DNA from: Bdellovibrionales bacterium
Lineage (GTDB): Bacteria > Bdellovibrionota > Bdellovibrionia > Bdellovibrionales > JAGQZY01
Direction of reading: 5' to 3'
Assembly (NCBI GenBank): GCA_031426555.1
Contig: JANPLN010000065.1
Span: 1 to 64,000, forward strand
Length of the DNA stretch: 64,000 nt
This document shows, piece after piece, positions 19,401 through 28,135 of this stretch. Under the pieces are notes generated by a model. It ran no database searches. It had not been told where the DNA came from and saw only the letters and a list, made by a program, of their open reading frames with translations. Position numbers and translations under genes: made by a program. Each line of letters starts with the position of its first letter. The stretch's first letter is position 1.

Positions 19401-20862
19401 TGAAAACTTTTTCGATAATCGCTGTGTGCACAAAACGGATTTCTTCTCGCAGTGTTTTTAAAATTTCTTCAGGAATCTCGTCCACGTCGGCTCGGATAAA
19501 GGCGTCCTGGTGAGCGCCTAGTTTTTCACTGAGGGCTTGCTGCTCGCGCAGCAATTTTTTCCTAAAACTTAAACCCTCAAAATTATCGTTCATGCCAGTG
19601 ATAAAAGTGAGTTCTTGAAGTGGTGACAGCCAGCCTTCAGTGATGGCACGAACCAGTTGGATGCGAGCAATGCGGTCCGCCTCAACACCCTCGATCAGGT
19701 TTTTGTATTCTTCCACCGAAATAAAAGCCGTCGCAACACGTCCGTCATAATTTGCAATAAGGTCAGGCTGAGTCTCATGCCAAGGTGTGGCAGACATATC
19801 AACCACCACCGTGTTAGCAGAAAGGCGAGACATCATCTGTTCATGAACGACCGCAAACTGTCCCCCCACTTTCCCGGCATGGTGGGCTTCGTCGCGGTAA
19901 ATGACTTTAGGGCCGCTGTATCTTTCGAGAAGGGTGAGTATCTCTTGGCTTCGTTTAAAAAATGTAGAGCGGGTGGCAAGGATAAATCGTGTGTTGCTGC
20001 CAATCGCAGAGGTGGTGCCAGTATCAAATAAGCGCGCCGTTTCTATACCAGGAAAGATTTCCTGTAGTTTTTCTGCTACGTCCGAGAGGATCAATTTGTT
20101 CTCAACCACAAAAACCATCATGGGCATTTGCTGCTGATGAATCGCTTTGACCATCTCAAGAAATTTTAATGCCACAATCGTTTTGCCAACGCCGGTTGGG
20201 AGCATGAGGAGCATGTGCAGCGGATGTGCGATCCCTTGCTTTAAGTGATCTTGGTACATTGTGACCAGTCCTGGGCGAGAATAGTCCCCCTCCTTCTTTC
20301 CCGTCAAAGTTTCTAGTTGTGGAGGAGTAAGTTTTTTATTTTTTTGAGCGGGGAGAAGAGGGTTTTTAAACAAAGGATGCAGAGTCTGATCAGCGCGAAA
20401 GAGAGATCTTGTGAATCCCTTGAGATCTTCGACGTTCAGCAATTCCTTTTGTGAATTGTACATCGCAACGAGATTGCCCTCAATGGCTGGCCCTAAATAT
20501 TCTCCCTTGTTGGATTGAAAACGGTGAACACGCACATCTGGTGGACCTGCGATGTAGGATTCGCCTTCGACAAAGTGGATATTATATGTCGAATAGATGT
20601 TCCATTCGCTGCGCCTTTTTTTGGGTTCGGGAATCAGAACTTCCAGTGTGATGACAGCTCCCTGTTCGGTTTGAGACGTCTTCATACGAAAGGGGTGCTG
20701 CTGGGGGTCGGCTTCGATCCGCGGAAGTAGAGGGGAGAGAACCTCCTTCACATACTGGGCGACATAAGATTCAGGGGTCTGAGCAAAGGCGACAGGGCTT
20801 GAGCTTAGAAGCATCAGAGACAGGAAAAATTGTATTAAACGCATGCGGGCAATATAGGTCAC
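16456..20862 (-). CDS. Large SF2 DExH (ResIII-like) helicase with N-terminal signal peptide
   Basis: PTGVGKT, DEAHH, SATP, IIFVPS, LGEGVDLP, QAFGRGTR; likely start 20844 MRLIQFFLSLMLLSSSPVAFA. Confidence 0.85.
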   Translation of the reverse strand: MTYIARMRLIQFFLSLMLLSSSPVAFAQTPESYVAQYVKEVLSPLLPRIEADPQQHPFRMKTSQTEQGAVITLEVLIPEPKKRRSEWNIYSTYNIHFVEGESYIAGPPDVRVHRFQSNKGEYLGPAIEGNLVAMYNSQKELLNVEDLKGFTRSLFRADQTLHPLFKNPLLPAQKNKKLTPPQLETLTGKKEGDYSRPGLVTMYQDHLKQGIAHPLHMLLMLPTGVGKTIVALKFLEMVKAIHQQQMPMMVFVVENKLILSDVAEKLQEIFPGIETARLFDTGTTSAIGSNTRFILATRSTFFKRSQEILTLLERYSGPKVIYRDEAHHAGKVGGQFAVVHEQMMSRLSANTVVVDMSATPWHETQPDLIANYDGRVATAFISVEEYKNLIEGVEADRIARIQLVRAITEGWLSPLQELTFITGMNDNFEGLSFRKKLLREQQALSEKLGAHQDAFIRADVDEIPEEILKTLREEIRFVHTAIIEKVFNDLRAQFQRDRNDRVAEYDRGIIFVPSIVHAEIYKIFLNEMAKSENMEFRVVHSGQKQSNSVDVVAQNIDWFNSTQSSHRHRYLISVDLLGEGVDLPSANRIVYVNTSSNIKVLLQAFGRGTRLSQLKTGIRLTDFGGSFIRFFQEIPGHLLSTLFPVFQFDPKSNEPFRKYTEKKGSGITLDDQKVSIDSLVSLQVDSPMLEIMERAQSDKDLINDSELQKLKNAERDILSQSSKIAIQFGWSVKVDPPTSTQINDWVQTILERADLHLDGRWSMNTEKSAGPKISRQLSEFIFTNWKMLSLPWQYFLQDVQIERLFYDGLEHPMQRTYEAMMNDPSVRLGPESGIHRVYEAFVQGKTELFPESWADTIKSLTDFEKKQIVAIVNILSLLNSSEGRRLVLAAPNAPSLLKMILQTETSTRTPYALPTYRHKVVTNFQRLGITNPWHYDYRWAESFEGTEDLLKLTRLSSDVAKLRMQSLSVGLPFDGIHARNGKIPLFRLAALARQLSLQNPGQKQFIAQFAQPLLDADITLGGNASPHRLTPQDGIFTLHRAYQVDAYIGSQVSNIELYMMKQALAVEAVKAFGVVLPDEKLNWFSKIATTLQPLPPLLLQDLLDQAPFAQRMIDHIDESHRQALQAQLKLSKYTMTGDDLMDFRYRAMQDHGEDYLVDKSHNVTLPKTVNAVWWLEYYRRIVYNPQLETLSIAQREKTLDIVSVLAEKLNYVNKAAAPWALTMKDWLLKPLSHDELPMDLSRISLDNANGMVFGTRIFTALPFYFLAKYGGHLEDVDGLGDVRSKEIVLWSQQFGQRYQQELQQLNLERLFYPSPEVMEILYQMQLNQSIESAKLYRTLYAHLVKPISGHADDIASAKKIETLIGGVTKIDHINSTLSVKTKERAIILDRAVFESVILRRIIMRLFFQRRGEPSKRDPKSMGPWDVLVDSLISSELKSVVERSRTGMTLQVTRPAAPAQTGLRCVDLF

Positions 20863-20958
20863 TTCCCAGTGACCTGATATGACGTTGTCTTCGCGTTGTA
20901 AAAGTTTTAGATGTGATTAACTTTTATCCACTCTTTAGCTGACAGTTTTGCTGGCAGT

Positions 20959-21933
20959 TTAGCTGACCTGAGCGGCTGGGTGGTGGGCGGGGATGCCTGT
21001 ATTGGCCACGCCTTGCGGTAGGATGGGAACGATTTCAGTTTCCATTTTTTCCGTCACGATAAGATTTTCCAGCATCATTTGTGACAAAGCTTCTAGGTGG
21101 TTAAATTCATCGCTTTTACGAAGTTTTAATTTTTGCGGTTTGCCAGCCACGAAGTTTTTTACAAAACGTTCGAAGGCGTAAACCGGTCCAGCCACACGGT
21201 GGGAAAGGGAGCGGCCAATCATAAACAAGAAAGCACCAAACGCCAAGGTGAAAGCTGTGTAAGTCTGAATGAAGGGAATTAAAAATTGATCGAGCAGCTT
21301 TTGGTTATTACCAATCAAGTCCACCACCATAAAGCGCAAAAAGGTATAACTAAACACGCCGGCGATGAGACCAAATCCCAAACCAATACCCATCAACGTA
21401 AAGCAGTAACGCAATTGAAACGCGGGATTTACCCAGTAGTATTTACGAATATTATTTTGTGGCCACAGCAATTCGCCATCTTTTAAAAGCGCCGTCACTA
21501 AACAAATATAACCCACCCACTGGAGAGCATCTGCAACGTTGAGCACCGGGGAGTGCCAGCCACCCACTTCGAAATAAATAAAATCGATCACATAACCTTG
21601 AATCGTGCGATCGATCACATTGCCGATAATTCCACCCATGAGGGTCGACATTCCAACGCGCAACAAAAGGGATTTGATCGGAAGAAGATACTGAATGATC
21701 ACAAACGTAAATAGTAAAAATGCTCCACCCGTAGAAAGAGAAACAATTCTTAAAATCGGAGGAAGACTAGAAAACAACCCAAGCATAGCGCCTTTATTGA
21801 AATGCAGTGCAAATCCAAGGGGGCCATATTTAAGAGTGCCAGCAAGTCCCAGGGCCCACCATTTGGTTGCTTGATCAATTGCGATCGTAAAGAACATCGG
21901 GGCGAGGACATAAAACCATTCGTGCTTTTTCAT
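20959..21933 (-). CDS. lspA: Lipoprotein signal peptidase II with C-terminal two-TM/HAMP-like extension
   Basis: DQATK, NKGAML, GNVIDR, VIDFI, LNVAD motifs in the first ~150 aa. Confidence 0.85.
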   Translation of the reverse strand: MKKHEWFYVLAPMFFTIAIDQATKWWALGLAGTLKYGPLGFALHFNKGAMLGLFSSLPPILRIVSLSTGGAFLLFTFVIIQYLLPIKSLLLRVGMSTLMGGIIGNVIDRTIQGYVIDFIYFEVGGWHSPVLNVADALQWVGYICLVTALLKDGELLWPQNNIRKYYWVNPAFQLRYCFTLMGIGLGFGLIAGVFSYTFLRFMVVDLIGNNQKLLDQFLIPFIQTYTAFTLAFGAFLFMIGRSLSHRVAGPVYAFERFVKNFVAGKPQKLKLRKSDEFNHLEALSQMMLENLIVTEKMETEIVPILPQGVANTGIPAHHPAAQVS

Positions 21934-22004
21934 TCACTTAGAATAAAAGATTCAGTAAAAACCGCAAAACATAAAAAGGTCCTACTAGACAGAGCTCTAG
22001 TGCA

Positions 22005-22141
22005 TGTTTTCGATTCTAAGAAAATATGGAAAGGCATTCTTTTTAAACGCGTCCATCCTGGACTCGCTCGCAGGGCGAAACGTCCTGTTTGCGAGAGGTT
22101 TAAAAAGAATACCTTTCCACATTTTCTTAAAATCGAAAACA
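22005..22141 (+). repeat. Fold-back element copy 2 (arm type B)
   Basis: 44-bp arms 22005-22048 and 22098-22141 (3 mismatches); core 22049-22097. Confidence 0.93.
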
Positions 22142-22184
22142 AGACAAAAACACCCCTGTTAACCAACCTGCGCATTCACTTTCA

Positions 22185-22342
22185 ACTTTCTCCTATTTTT
22201 TGGAATTCTTGGAGATTCGAAACAGTTCTTTTTCAAACCTCTCGCAAACACGAAGTTTCGTCCTGCGAGCGAGTCCAAGGATGGACGCGTTTGAAAAAGG
22301 ACTGTTTCGAATCTCCAAGAATTCCAAAAAATAGGAGAAAGT
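22185..22342 (-). repeat. Fold-back element copy 3 (arm type C, inverted core)
   Basis: 54-bp arms 22185-22238 and 22289-22342 (1 mismatch); core 22239-22288 on minus strand. Confidence 0.93.
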
Positions 22343-22361
22343 GCCGAGTCATTGCTCGAGG

Positions 22362-23249
22362 TTAGGCGATGTCTTGTCCAATGACGGTCATGTTGCGGCC
22401 TTGTTTTTTGGCAAGGTAAAGTGCCTGGTCCGCCACTGCCACGATTTCGTCGGCATCGAGTCCATGCTCGGGGTAGCTGGCCACGCCTAAGCTAATGCTA
22501 AGGCGAAATTGCAGAGAGGGGATGTGGCTGACTGAGGCGCGCAGGGTTTCGGCAAAGGCGAAGGCAAAATCAGACGGAGTTTTGGGTAAAATCGCCGCGA
22601 ACTCTTCGCCACCGTAGCGGGAGAGGGAGTAGTGCGGCTTCATTTCGCTGGATAGCTTTTGCGCAAGCAAAGACAGGATCTGATCTCCGCGCGGGTGGCC
22701 AAATTGATCGTTAAGAATTTTAAAATGATCCACATCGATCATTATCAGCGAAACAGCGGTTTTTGTTTGTTTGGCTTTTTGGATTTCGATACGTAATTTT
22801 TCTTGGAAAAAGCGATGATTGGTAAGCTCGGTGACCGGATCGGTGATGGAGAGCTCTTTAAATTTATCGCGCTCGTTCAACAGACGCAACGTGCTTTCGG
22901 CCTCGCGCATGTGCAGTCGCAATAGATCGGGCTCCCAAGGCTTTAAGATAAACTTGTGGATTAAATTGGACTCCATGGCATTTGAAATATCGGAGAGTCC
23001 CACTTCTCCAGTGAGGAGCACTCGCAAGGTTTGTGGGTGATTGTCTTTGACCCAATTTAAAATTTCAAGACCATTAATAGTTTTAAGATTGTAGTCGCAA
23101 ATCACAATGGACACTTTTTGCGAAAAAGCCTTTTGCGCGTCCGAAAAATTTGTCGCCAAAGCTATGTCAAAGGACTGCCGGAGATCTCTTTGCAGAGCTT
23201 CGAGGATATGAATGTCGTCGTCGATGCACAGGATGAGAGGTCTATTCAT
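22362..23249 (-). CDS. REC-GGDEF diguanylate cyclase
   Basis: Receiver domain (CIDDD, ICDY, KPW); DVDHFK and RYGGEEF; start MNRPL overlaps upstream stop. Confidence 0.92.
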   Translation of the reverse strand: MNRPLILCIDDDIHILEALQRDLRQSFDIALATNFSDAQKAFSQKVSIVICDYNLKTINGLEILNWVKDNHPQTLRVLLTGEVGLSDISNAMESNLIHKFILKPWEPDLLRLHMREAESTLRLLNERDKFKELSITDPVTELTNHRFFQEKLRIEIQKAKQTKTAVSLIMIDVDHFKILNDQFGHPRGDQILSLLAQKLSSEMKPHYSLSRYGGEEFAAILPKTPSDFAFAFAETLRASVSHIPSLQFRLSISLGVASYPEHGLDADEIVAVADQALYLAKKQGRNMTVIGQDIA

Positions 23250-24810
23250 TTTTTTCGATTTCCTTCTCGATGTTAAAAACAAACTGAAATCCGCCCAAAG
23301 GCGATGGCACAAAATTTTGAATTCGCTTGTTCACCACCGCCACATATTGGTCATACCAAAGGGGTAATACGGGCATGTCTTCAATCACTATTTTTTGAAT
23401 CTGCTTGTAAAGCTGCACCCGTTGGTCGAGATTTTCGAGCTGTTGCCCTTGCTCTAAAAGCTTATCAAGCTGGGGGTTGATATAGAAGGCACGGTTCGCG
23501 CCTTTGGGAGGAACTTGTTCAGAGTGAAACGCGAGACGATACTGATCGGGATCCCAAATGCCCACAAAGCGCATTGTTGCGAGCTGAAAATTGCCCTTCG
23601 AAACGTCCTCGTAGTACGTTCCCCATTCAAAACTTTTCATGCGCACCGAAATACCGAGTTTTTCGATTTGATGAGCAAGAATACGACCGTTTTCGATGGC
23701 CATTTTTTGATTGGAGGTTTTAAGTTCGAGTTCCAATGGTTTTGGCAAATTCTTTAAAAGCTCCATGCCCTTTTGCACATCCGTGCTCGGAAGTTGAAGT
23801 GCGGCATCGTAGTACGGCGTGCTGGGAATTACAAATGCACTGGCCGGTGTGGCGTAGCCTTCGAGCTTGTATTTGATAATTTCAGAGCGGTCGATCGCGT
23901 AGTTAATCGCCGCGCGCACGTTTTTGTTTTTAAGTAAGGGATCACGCAGGTTCAATAACATGTAAGTCACATTGGCGCCAGGCATGTCATACACGCTAAA
24001 TCGGGGAGAGCTTTTAAAAACCGACATTTTTGAAAGTGGAATGTCGGTCTGTACTAAATCCACAGAACCTTTGTAAAGTTTTTGAAAGCGCGTGTTGTCG
24101 TCGCGAATCACTTTGAGTTGAAGTTTAGAAATTTTGGGTGCGCGGTAATGGTTTGCTCGTGCCTTTAATAAAAGTTCATTGTCGTTCGCAGTGACCAATT
24201 CAAAGGCTCCAGAGCCCACGATGTGTTCGTAAAAATCTTTATCGTGGGCTTGCACAATTTTTTTAGGAAGCATTTGAACGATTGCCAAATCGAGATAAAA
24301 CGTACTCTCAAAACGATCTACCGTGATGTCTACCGAGTGATTAACGCCGTCGTAAACCGCCACTACTTTCTTAATTTTTTTAAACGCCGGAGAAAACAGA
24401 CAAGAGTCTTTTTGAAACTCGGCAAACGAAAATTCAATGTCTTCGGCTGTGAGGGGAGCGCCGTCGGAAAAGGTGACTCCGGGTTTTAGATTAAAGTGAT
24501 AGACAAAATTTTTATAAGTCCAGGAGTCGGCAAGATCTCCTTGAATGGTGATGGGCGAGGTGGGTGTTTCGGTGGTCACGCGCACAAGTGAGGAGAATAT
24601 CAGACTGCGCACATTGCTGCCGATGGAGTCGCGTGCGATACGCGGATCCAGGGTGGGCGGTGCTGCGGGGATTCCGATGACCACGGTGTCGGGTGGCGTT
24701 TGCGAACGTTTTTTGCAATTCGTCAGAAGAATTAACGACAGGATTGTCATTGGAATGACAAAAACATAAAAAGTGAAAATACGAAGCAGCTGACGTCCAG
24801 AAAGTATCAC
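23242..24810 (-). CDS. Peptide ABC transporter substrate-binding lipoprotein (family 5)
   Basis: TLDPR, GDLADSW, FSDGAPLTAEDI, VRAAINYAIDR; start may be 24750. Confidence 0.9.
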   Translation of the reverse strand: MILSGRQLLRIFTFYVFVIPMTILSLILLTNCKKRSQTPPDTVVIGIPAAPPTLDPRIARDSIGSNVRSLIFSSLVRVTTETPTSPITIQGDLADSWTYKNFVYHFNLKPGVTFSDGAPLTAEDIEFSFAEFQKDSCLFSPAFKKIKKVVAVYDGVNHSVDITVDRFESTFYLDLAIVQMLPKKIVQAHDKDFYEHIVGSGAFELVTANDNELLLKARANHYRAPKISKLQLKVIRDDNTRFQKLYKGSVDLVQTDIPLSKMSVFKSSPRFSVYDMPGANVTYMLLNLRDPLLKNKNVRAAINYAIDRSEIIKYKLEGYATPASAFVIPSTPYYDAALQLPSTDVQKGMELLKNLPKPLELELKTSNQKMAIENGRILAHQIEKLGISVRMKSFEWGTYYEDVSKGNFQLATMRFVGIWDPDQYRLAFHSEQVPPKGANRAFYINPQLDKLLEQGQQLENLDQRVQLYKQIQKIVIEDMPVLPLWYDQYVAVVNKRIQNFVPSPLGGFQFVFNIEKEIEKNE

Positions 24811-24870
24811 TTCGAAAGCTTAGCTAATAATTGTTGTAATGCCAAGAGGGGATCGGGCATAATTATTTGC

Positions 24871-26229
24871 ATGGGAAAATACTCAACTCTCCTTCTGGCT
24901 CTGGTTTTTCAATGGAACGCCTTGGCCGAACCAATTGATGGAATCTTGCGACGGAGCCAAATTCCCACAAAGCACTTTGGTATTTGGATGGAGGGCGAAA
25001 AAACCGCATGGACCCATAACGCTGATGTGCTTATGACCCCGGCATCTCTGAGTAAAATTCCAACTGCTGCAGCAGTGTTGGGCGTACTAGGTTTGGGTCA
25101 CTCCTTCGAAACTCGTGTGTGGTCGTCAGAGCCAATAACGGGTGGAGAATTTAAGGGCGATCTCTATCTTCAAGGGGGCGGCGACCCTTCCCTGGTTTCG
25201 GAAAACTACTGGGCCATTGTCAACGAGCTCAAGCGCTCCGGTATAAAATCCCTTAAAGGGCAGTTGTATGTGGATAGCTCTCTGTTTGACGAAGAGTACT
25301 TCTCGGACTCTCGCCAAAGTGTACGGGTGGATCGCGCGTACGATGCGCCAGTTGCGGCACTGTCGTTTAACTGGAATTCGGTAAACATTTTTGTTCGACC
25401 GGGTAAAAGAGGCGAAGCTGCCTCTGTTTTTGCGGATCCACAAAACGATTATATCGAATTAAAAAATCAGGTCAGAACCGGAGCGAAAACCGAATTGCGG
25501 GTAGAGCGCCGTTCGAAAAAGCAACACGACGAAGTCATCGTGAGTGGAACCATCGCTCTGGGATCTGTGGAACAAGCGATTTATAAAAGCATTAGCCATC
25601 CTGATTTTTGGGCGGGCAAAAATTTTAAAACATTTTTAAATCAACAGGGCATTGAATACAGCGGCACTGTGGAAAAAAAGGCTCCTCCGGCATCGGCGCA
25701 ACTTTTAGTGACGTTTAAGAGTAAACCTTTGCGCGACATCGTTACCGACATGGCTAAGTTTTCAAACAACTACGTGGCCGAGATGCTCACCAAGGCTCTT
25801 TCGCAGCAAAAACCCGCAACTCTTAAAAAAGGCGTGGAACGAATTCATCAGTGGTTGATCGAGAACGGTTGGAAGCATAAAAATTTCGTTTTCGAAAATC
25901 CATCGGGGTTTTCCCATGATAATAAATTTCGCGCCCAGGATTTAGGACAGCTGTTAGTAGATCTTCGTTCAAAGCACGCCATCTTTCCAGAGTTTATTGT
26001 ATCGTTGCCGATTGCTGGAGTGGATGGGACACTGAAAAAACGTTTGAAAGACAAAACCACAGAGGTGCGAGCCAAAACCGGCTATTTGGATGGAATTATA
26101 GGGCTTGCGGGCTACTACCAAAAAAACGGTGAGCAAAAGGCTTTTGTGTTTATGTACAACGGCCCCACTAAATACGACAGCCAAGTGCGCGATGTCTTCG
26201 ACAACATCCTCCGCCACGGCAGCTTTTAG
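24871..26229 (+). CDS. dacB: D-Ala-D-Ala carboxypeptidase/endopeptidase PBP4 (S13)
   Basis: PASLSK (SxxK), SNN (SxN), KTG, GGGDP. Confidence 0.92.
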   Translation: MGKYSTLLLALVFQWNALAEPIDGILRRSQIPTKHFGIWMEGEKTAWTHNADVLMTPASLSKIPTAAAVLGVLGLGHSFETRVWSSEPITGGEFKGDLYLQGGGDPSLVSENYWAIVNELKRSGIKSLKGQLYVDSSLFDEEYFSDSRQSVRVDRAYDAPVAALSFNWNSVNIFVRPGKRGEAASVFADPQNDYIELKNQVRTGAKTELRVERRSKKQHDEVIVSGTIALGSVEQAIYKSISHPDFWAGKNFKTFLNQQGIEYSGTVEKKAPPASAQLLVTFKSKPLRDIVTDMAKFSNNYVAEMLTKALSQQKPATLKKGVERIHQWLIENGWKHKNFVFENPSGFSHDNKFRAQDLGQLLVDLRSKHAIFPEFIVSLPIAGVDGTLKKRLKDKTTEVRAKTGYLDGIIGLAGYYQKNGEQKAFVFMYNGPTKYDSQVRDVFDNILRHGSF

Positions 26230-26266
26230 GTACCAAGTACCTTTACCGGCGGCGTAGCGTCGAGGG

Positions 26267-26764
26267 TTACTGCGTTTTAGCGTAAGCGATTTCTTTTTCG
26301 GCTTTTGTCTTAAGTTCTTCGCAGAGATCTTTTAAGGCAGCGGGACATTCCTTTTGAGCTTTAACAACAACATTGGCGAGCTGTTTTTCGGTGGCCGAAA
26401 CATAACAGCCCATACTTTTAAAAAAGAAACTTTTAAACTCTTTATCAGCATCGAATAACTTTGCGAGATCAGGAAGGCGCTTCCAGAAGACGTCCAAGCT
26501 TAAGCTGATGGCACCTTCGATTCCTTGGGAGTAAGCGCCGTCCATGCAGTTGCTGTGATTTTTGTAAAAGTCGTACAGCGCCTGAAAATTTCCATTGGTA
26601 TCGAGTTCAGAAATTGTCTTCTGAAATGCATTCATGCAAACATTTTCAGTGTCGTTTGTTTTTTCCACTGGAGTCGCCACCTGCACCGGCGGCGCCACGG
26701 GTTCTTTATTAAACCAGGAGCAGGATGTAATTAAACAAAATGAAATAGCTAGAAAAATTCTCAT
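26267..26764 (-). CDS. Hypothetical lipoprotein
   Basis: Lipobox ITSC; Cys-containing helical domain. Confidence 0.7.
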   Translation of the reverse strand: MRIFLAISFCLITSCSWFNKEPVAPPVQVATPVEKTNDTENVCMNAFQKTISELDTNGNFQALYDFYKNHSNCMDGAYSQGIEGAISLSLDVFWKRLPDLAKLFDADKEFKSFFFKSMGCYVSATEKQLANVVVKAQKECPAALKDLCEELKTKAEKEIAYAKTQ

Positions 26765-26779
26765 TTGGACTCCTCTGAG

Positions 26780-27310
26780 CTAATTCAAATTATCCGCTTT
26801 AGCAATGTAAGGAAGATTGCGATACAGTTCCTGATAATCAAGACCGTAGCCCACCACGAATTCGTTTTTAATTTCGAAGCCAAAATAATCCAACTGCACA
26901 TCGGCTTTCATGGCATCGGGTTTGACAAGCAGGGAAACTGTTTTGAGGCTTTTTGGCTGGCGGGCTTGCAAGCAAGTTTTGAGGTACGTCATGGTAAGAC
27001 CAGAATCCACGATGTCTTCCACCAACAAAACATTTTTACCTTCGAGGGGATTGGTGAGATCTAACGTCACCTTCACTTCGCCCGACGATTGCGTGTCGCC
27101 ATGATAGCTGGAAACTCCAAAAAATTCGCAAATCACGTTGGCGTCGATTTCGCGAATCAGATCGGAATAAAACATGTACGAGCCCTTCAAAATACAAATG
27201 GCCACCACATCCTCGCCTTTAAAATCCTTGGTGATCTGTGCTCCCAATTGCTTTACCCGCTCTTGCAGCGTTTTTTCGTCGATCAATTTTGAAAGTTTTA
27301 ATGGCACCAT
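26780..27310 (-). CDS. hpt: Hypoxanthine phosphoribosyltransferase
   Basis: ILKGS, VEDIVDSGLT PRPP motif, FVVGYGLDY..YRNLP. Confidence 0.95.
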   Translation of the reverse strand: MVPLKLSKLIDEKTLQERVKQLGAQITKDFKGEDVVAICILKGSYMFYSDLIREIDANVICEFFGVSSYHGDTQSSGEVKVTLDLTNPLEGKNVLLVEDIVDSGLTMTYLKTCLQARQPKSLKTVSLLVKPDAMKADVQLDYFGFEIKNEFVVGYGLDYQELYRNLPYIAKADNLN

Positions 27311-27325
27311 GGTTCCCCCTGTTTA

Positions 27326-28117
27326 TTACACAAATGAGTTGCTAATTAATTCACCGACGCCACCAGCGCCGGGGACAATATATTGTTGGTCGTTGAGGCC
27401 ACGCTCGTCGGCCCAGCGCTCGCCTGGAATCGTTTTTAAAACCGATTCGCTGGAAAGTCCACGGTCTACGCGGGCAGTGTAAATTATCACGTCGGGGTGA
27501 GCCTGAGTGATTTGCCGAATGTATTCGGGCGTGACGATTAGATGCACGGCAATCCATTTTTTTGCAGGACCTTTTACATTTTTTTTATAAAAATCCAACA
27601 CGGTCGATAGCGATTGACCGGTGGCGCCCATGGGATCTGGCAAAATGACGATGGAGTTCGTAACGTCGCCGCCGATTTTTGAACCAGCAAGGTCCGTCCC
27701 AGTGACAGTGTTTTGCGCGTTGACAATACGAGAGGCGAAAATATGATCCTGTCGCACCAAATGCGGATTCACCGTGTGGCACAAAAGATCAAAACCCACT
27801 TGGCTGGGCAACATGCCCGCGCGAGCAATATCCACAATAACGGCCTTTTGTTTATCATCGAGAATTTCACCGGTGTACAAAGATTCAGGATGGGACGCCG
27901 TCATGCGCGTCGCCTTTTTTACCGTGATTTTTGGCCATTCGTTGTTGATCGCCTCGATAAATAAAGTGCTGTAAATAGTCGCCACTAAGCGATTGAACTC
28001 AGGTTGGAGTGTTTCGGGGGCGCAAAGTTTTGTCAGCAATGAGTTCATCGTCGGATGATGCAGAATGTGCACATTGGCTGGATAACGGTGCTCAATTTCG
28101 TAAGACTTGTACCCCAT
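27326..28117 (-). CDS. upp: Uracil phosphoribosyltransferase-like protein
   Basis: IARAG, DPMGATG, LNDQQYIVPGAG. Confidence 0.82.
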   Translation of the reverse strand: MGYKSYEIEHRYPANVHILHHPTMNSLLTKLCAPETLQPEFNRLVATIYSTLFIEAINNEWPKITVKKATRMTASHPESLYTGEILDDKQKAVIVDIARAGMLPSQVGFDLLCHTVNPHLVRQDHIFASRIVNAQNTVTGTDLAGSKIGGDVTNSIVILPDPMGATGQSLSTVLDFYKKNVKGPAKKWIAVHLIVTPEYIRQITQAHPDVIIYTARVDRGLSSESVLKTIPGERWADERGLNDQQYIVPGAGGVGELISNSFV

Positions 28118-28135
28118 TTGGGATTTATAGCGTGC

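Noticed and set aside
16456..20862. Type I/III restriction-modification system
   Set aside because: No methyltransferase or specificity gene nearby, no recognisable nuclease motif, and a signal peptide is present.
21802..22365. 187-aa ORF and other short ORFs spanning repeat copies
   Set aside because: They are translations of palindromic repeat DNA and overlap real genes antisense.
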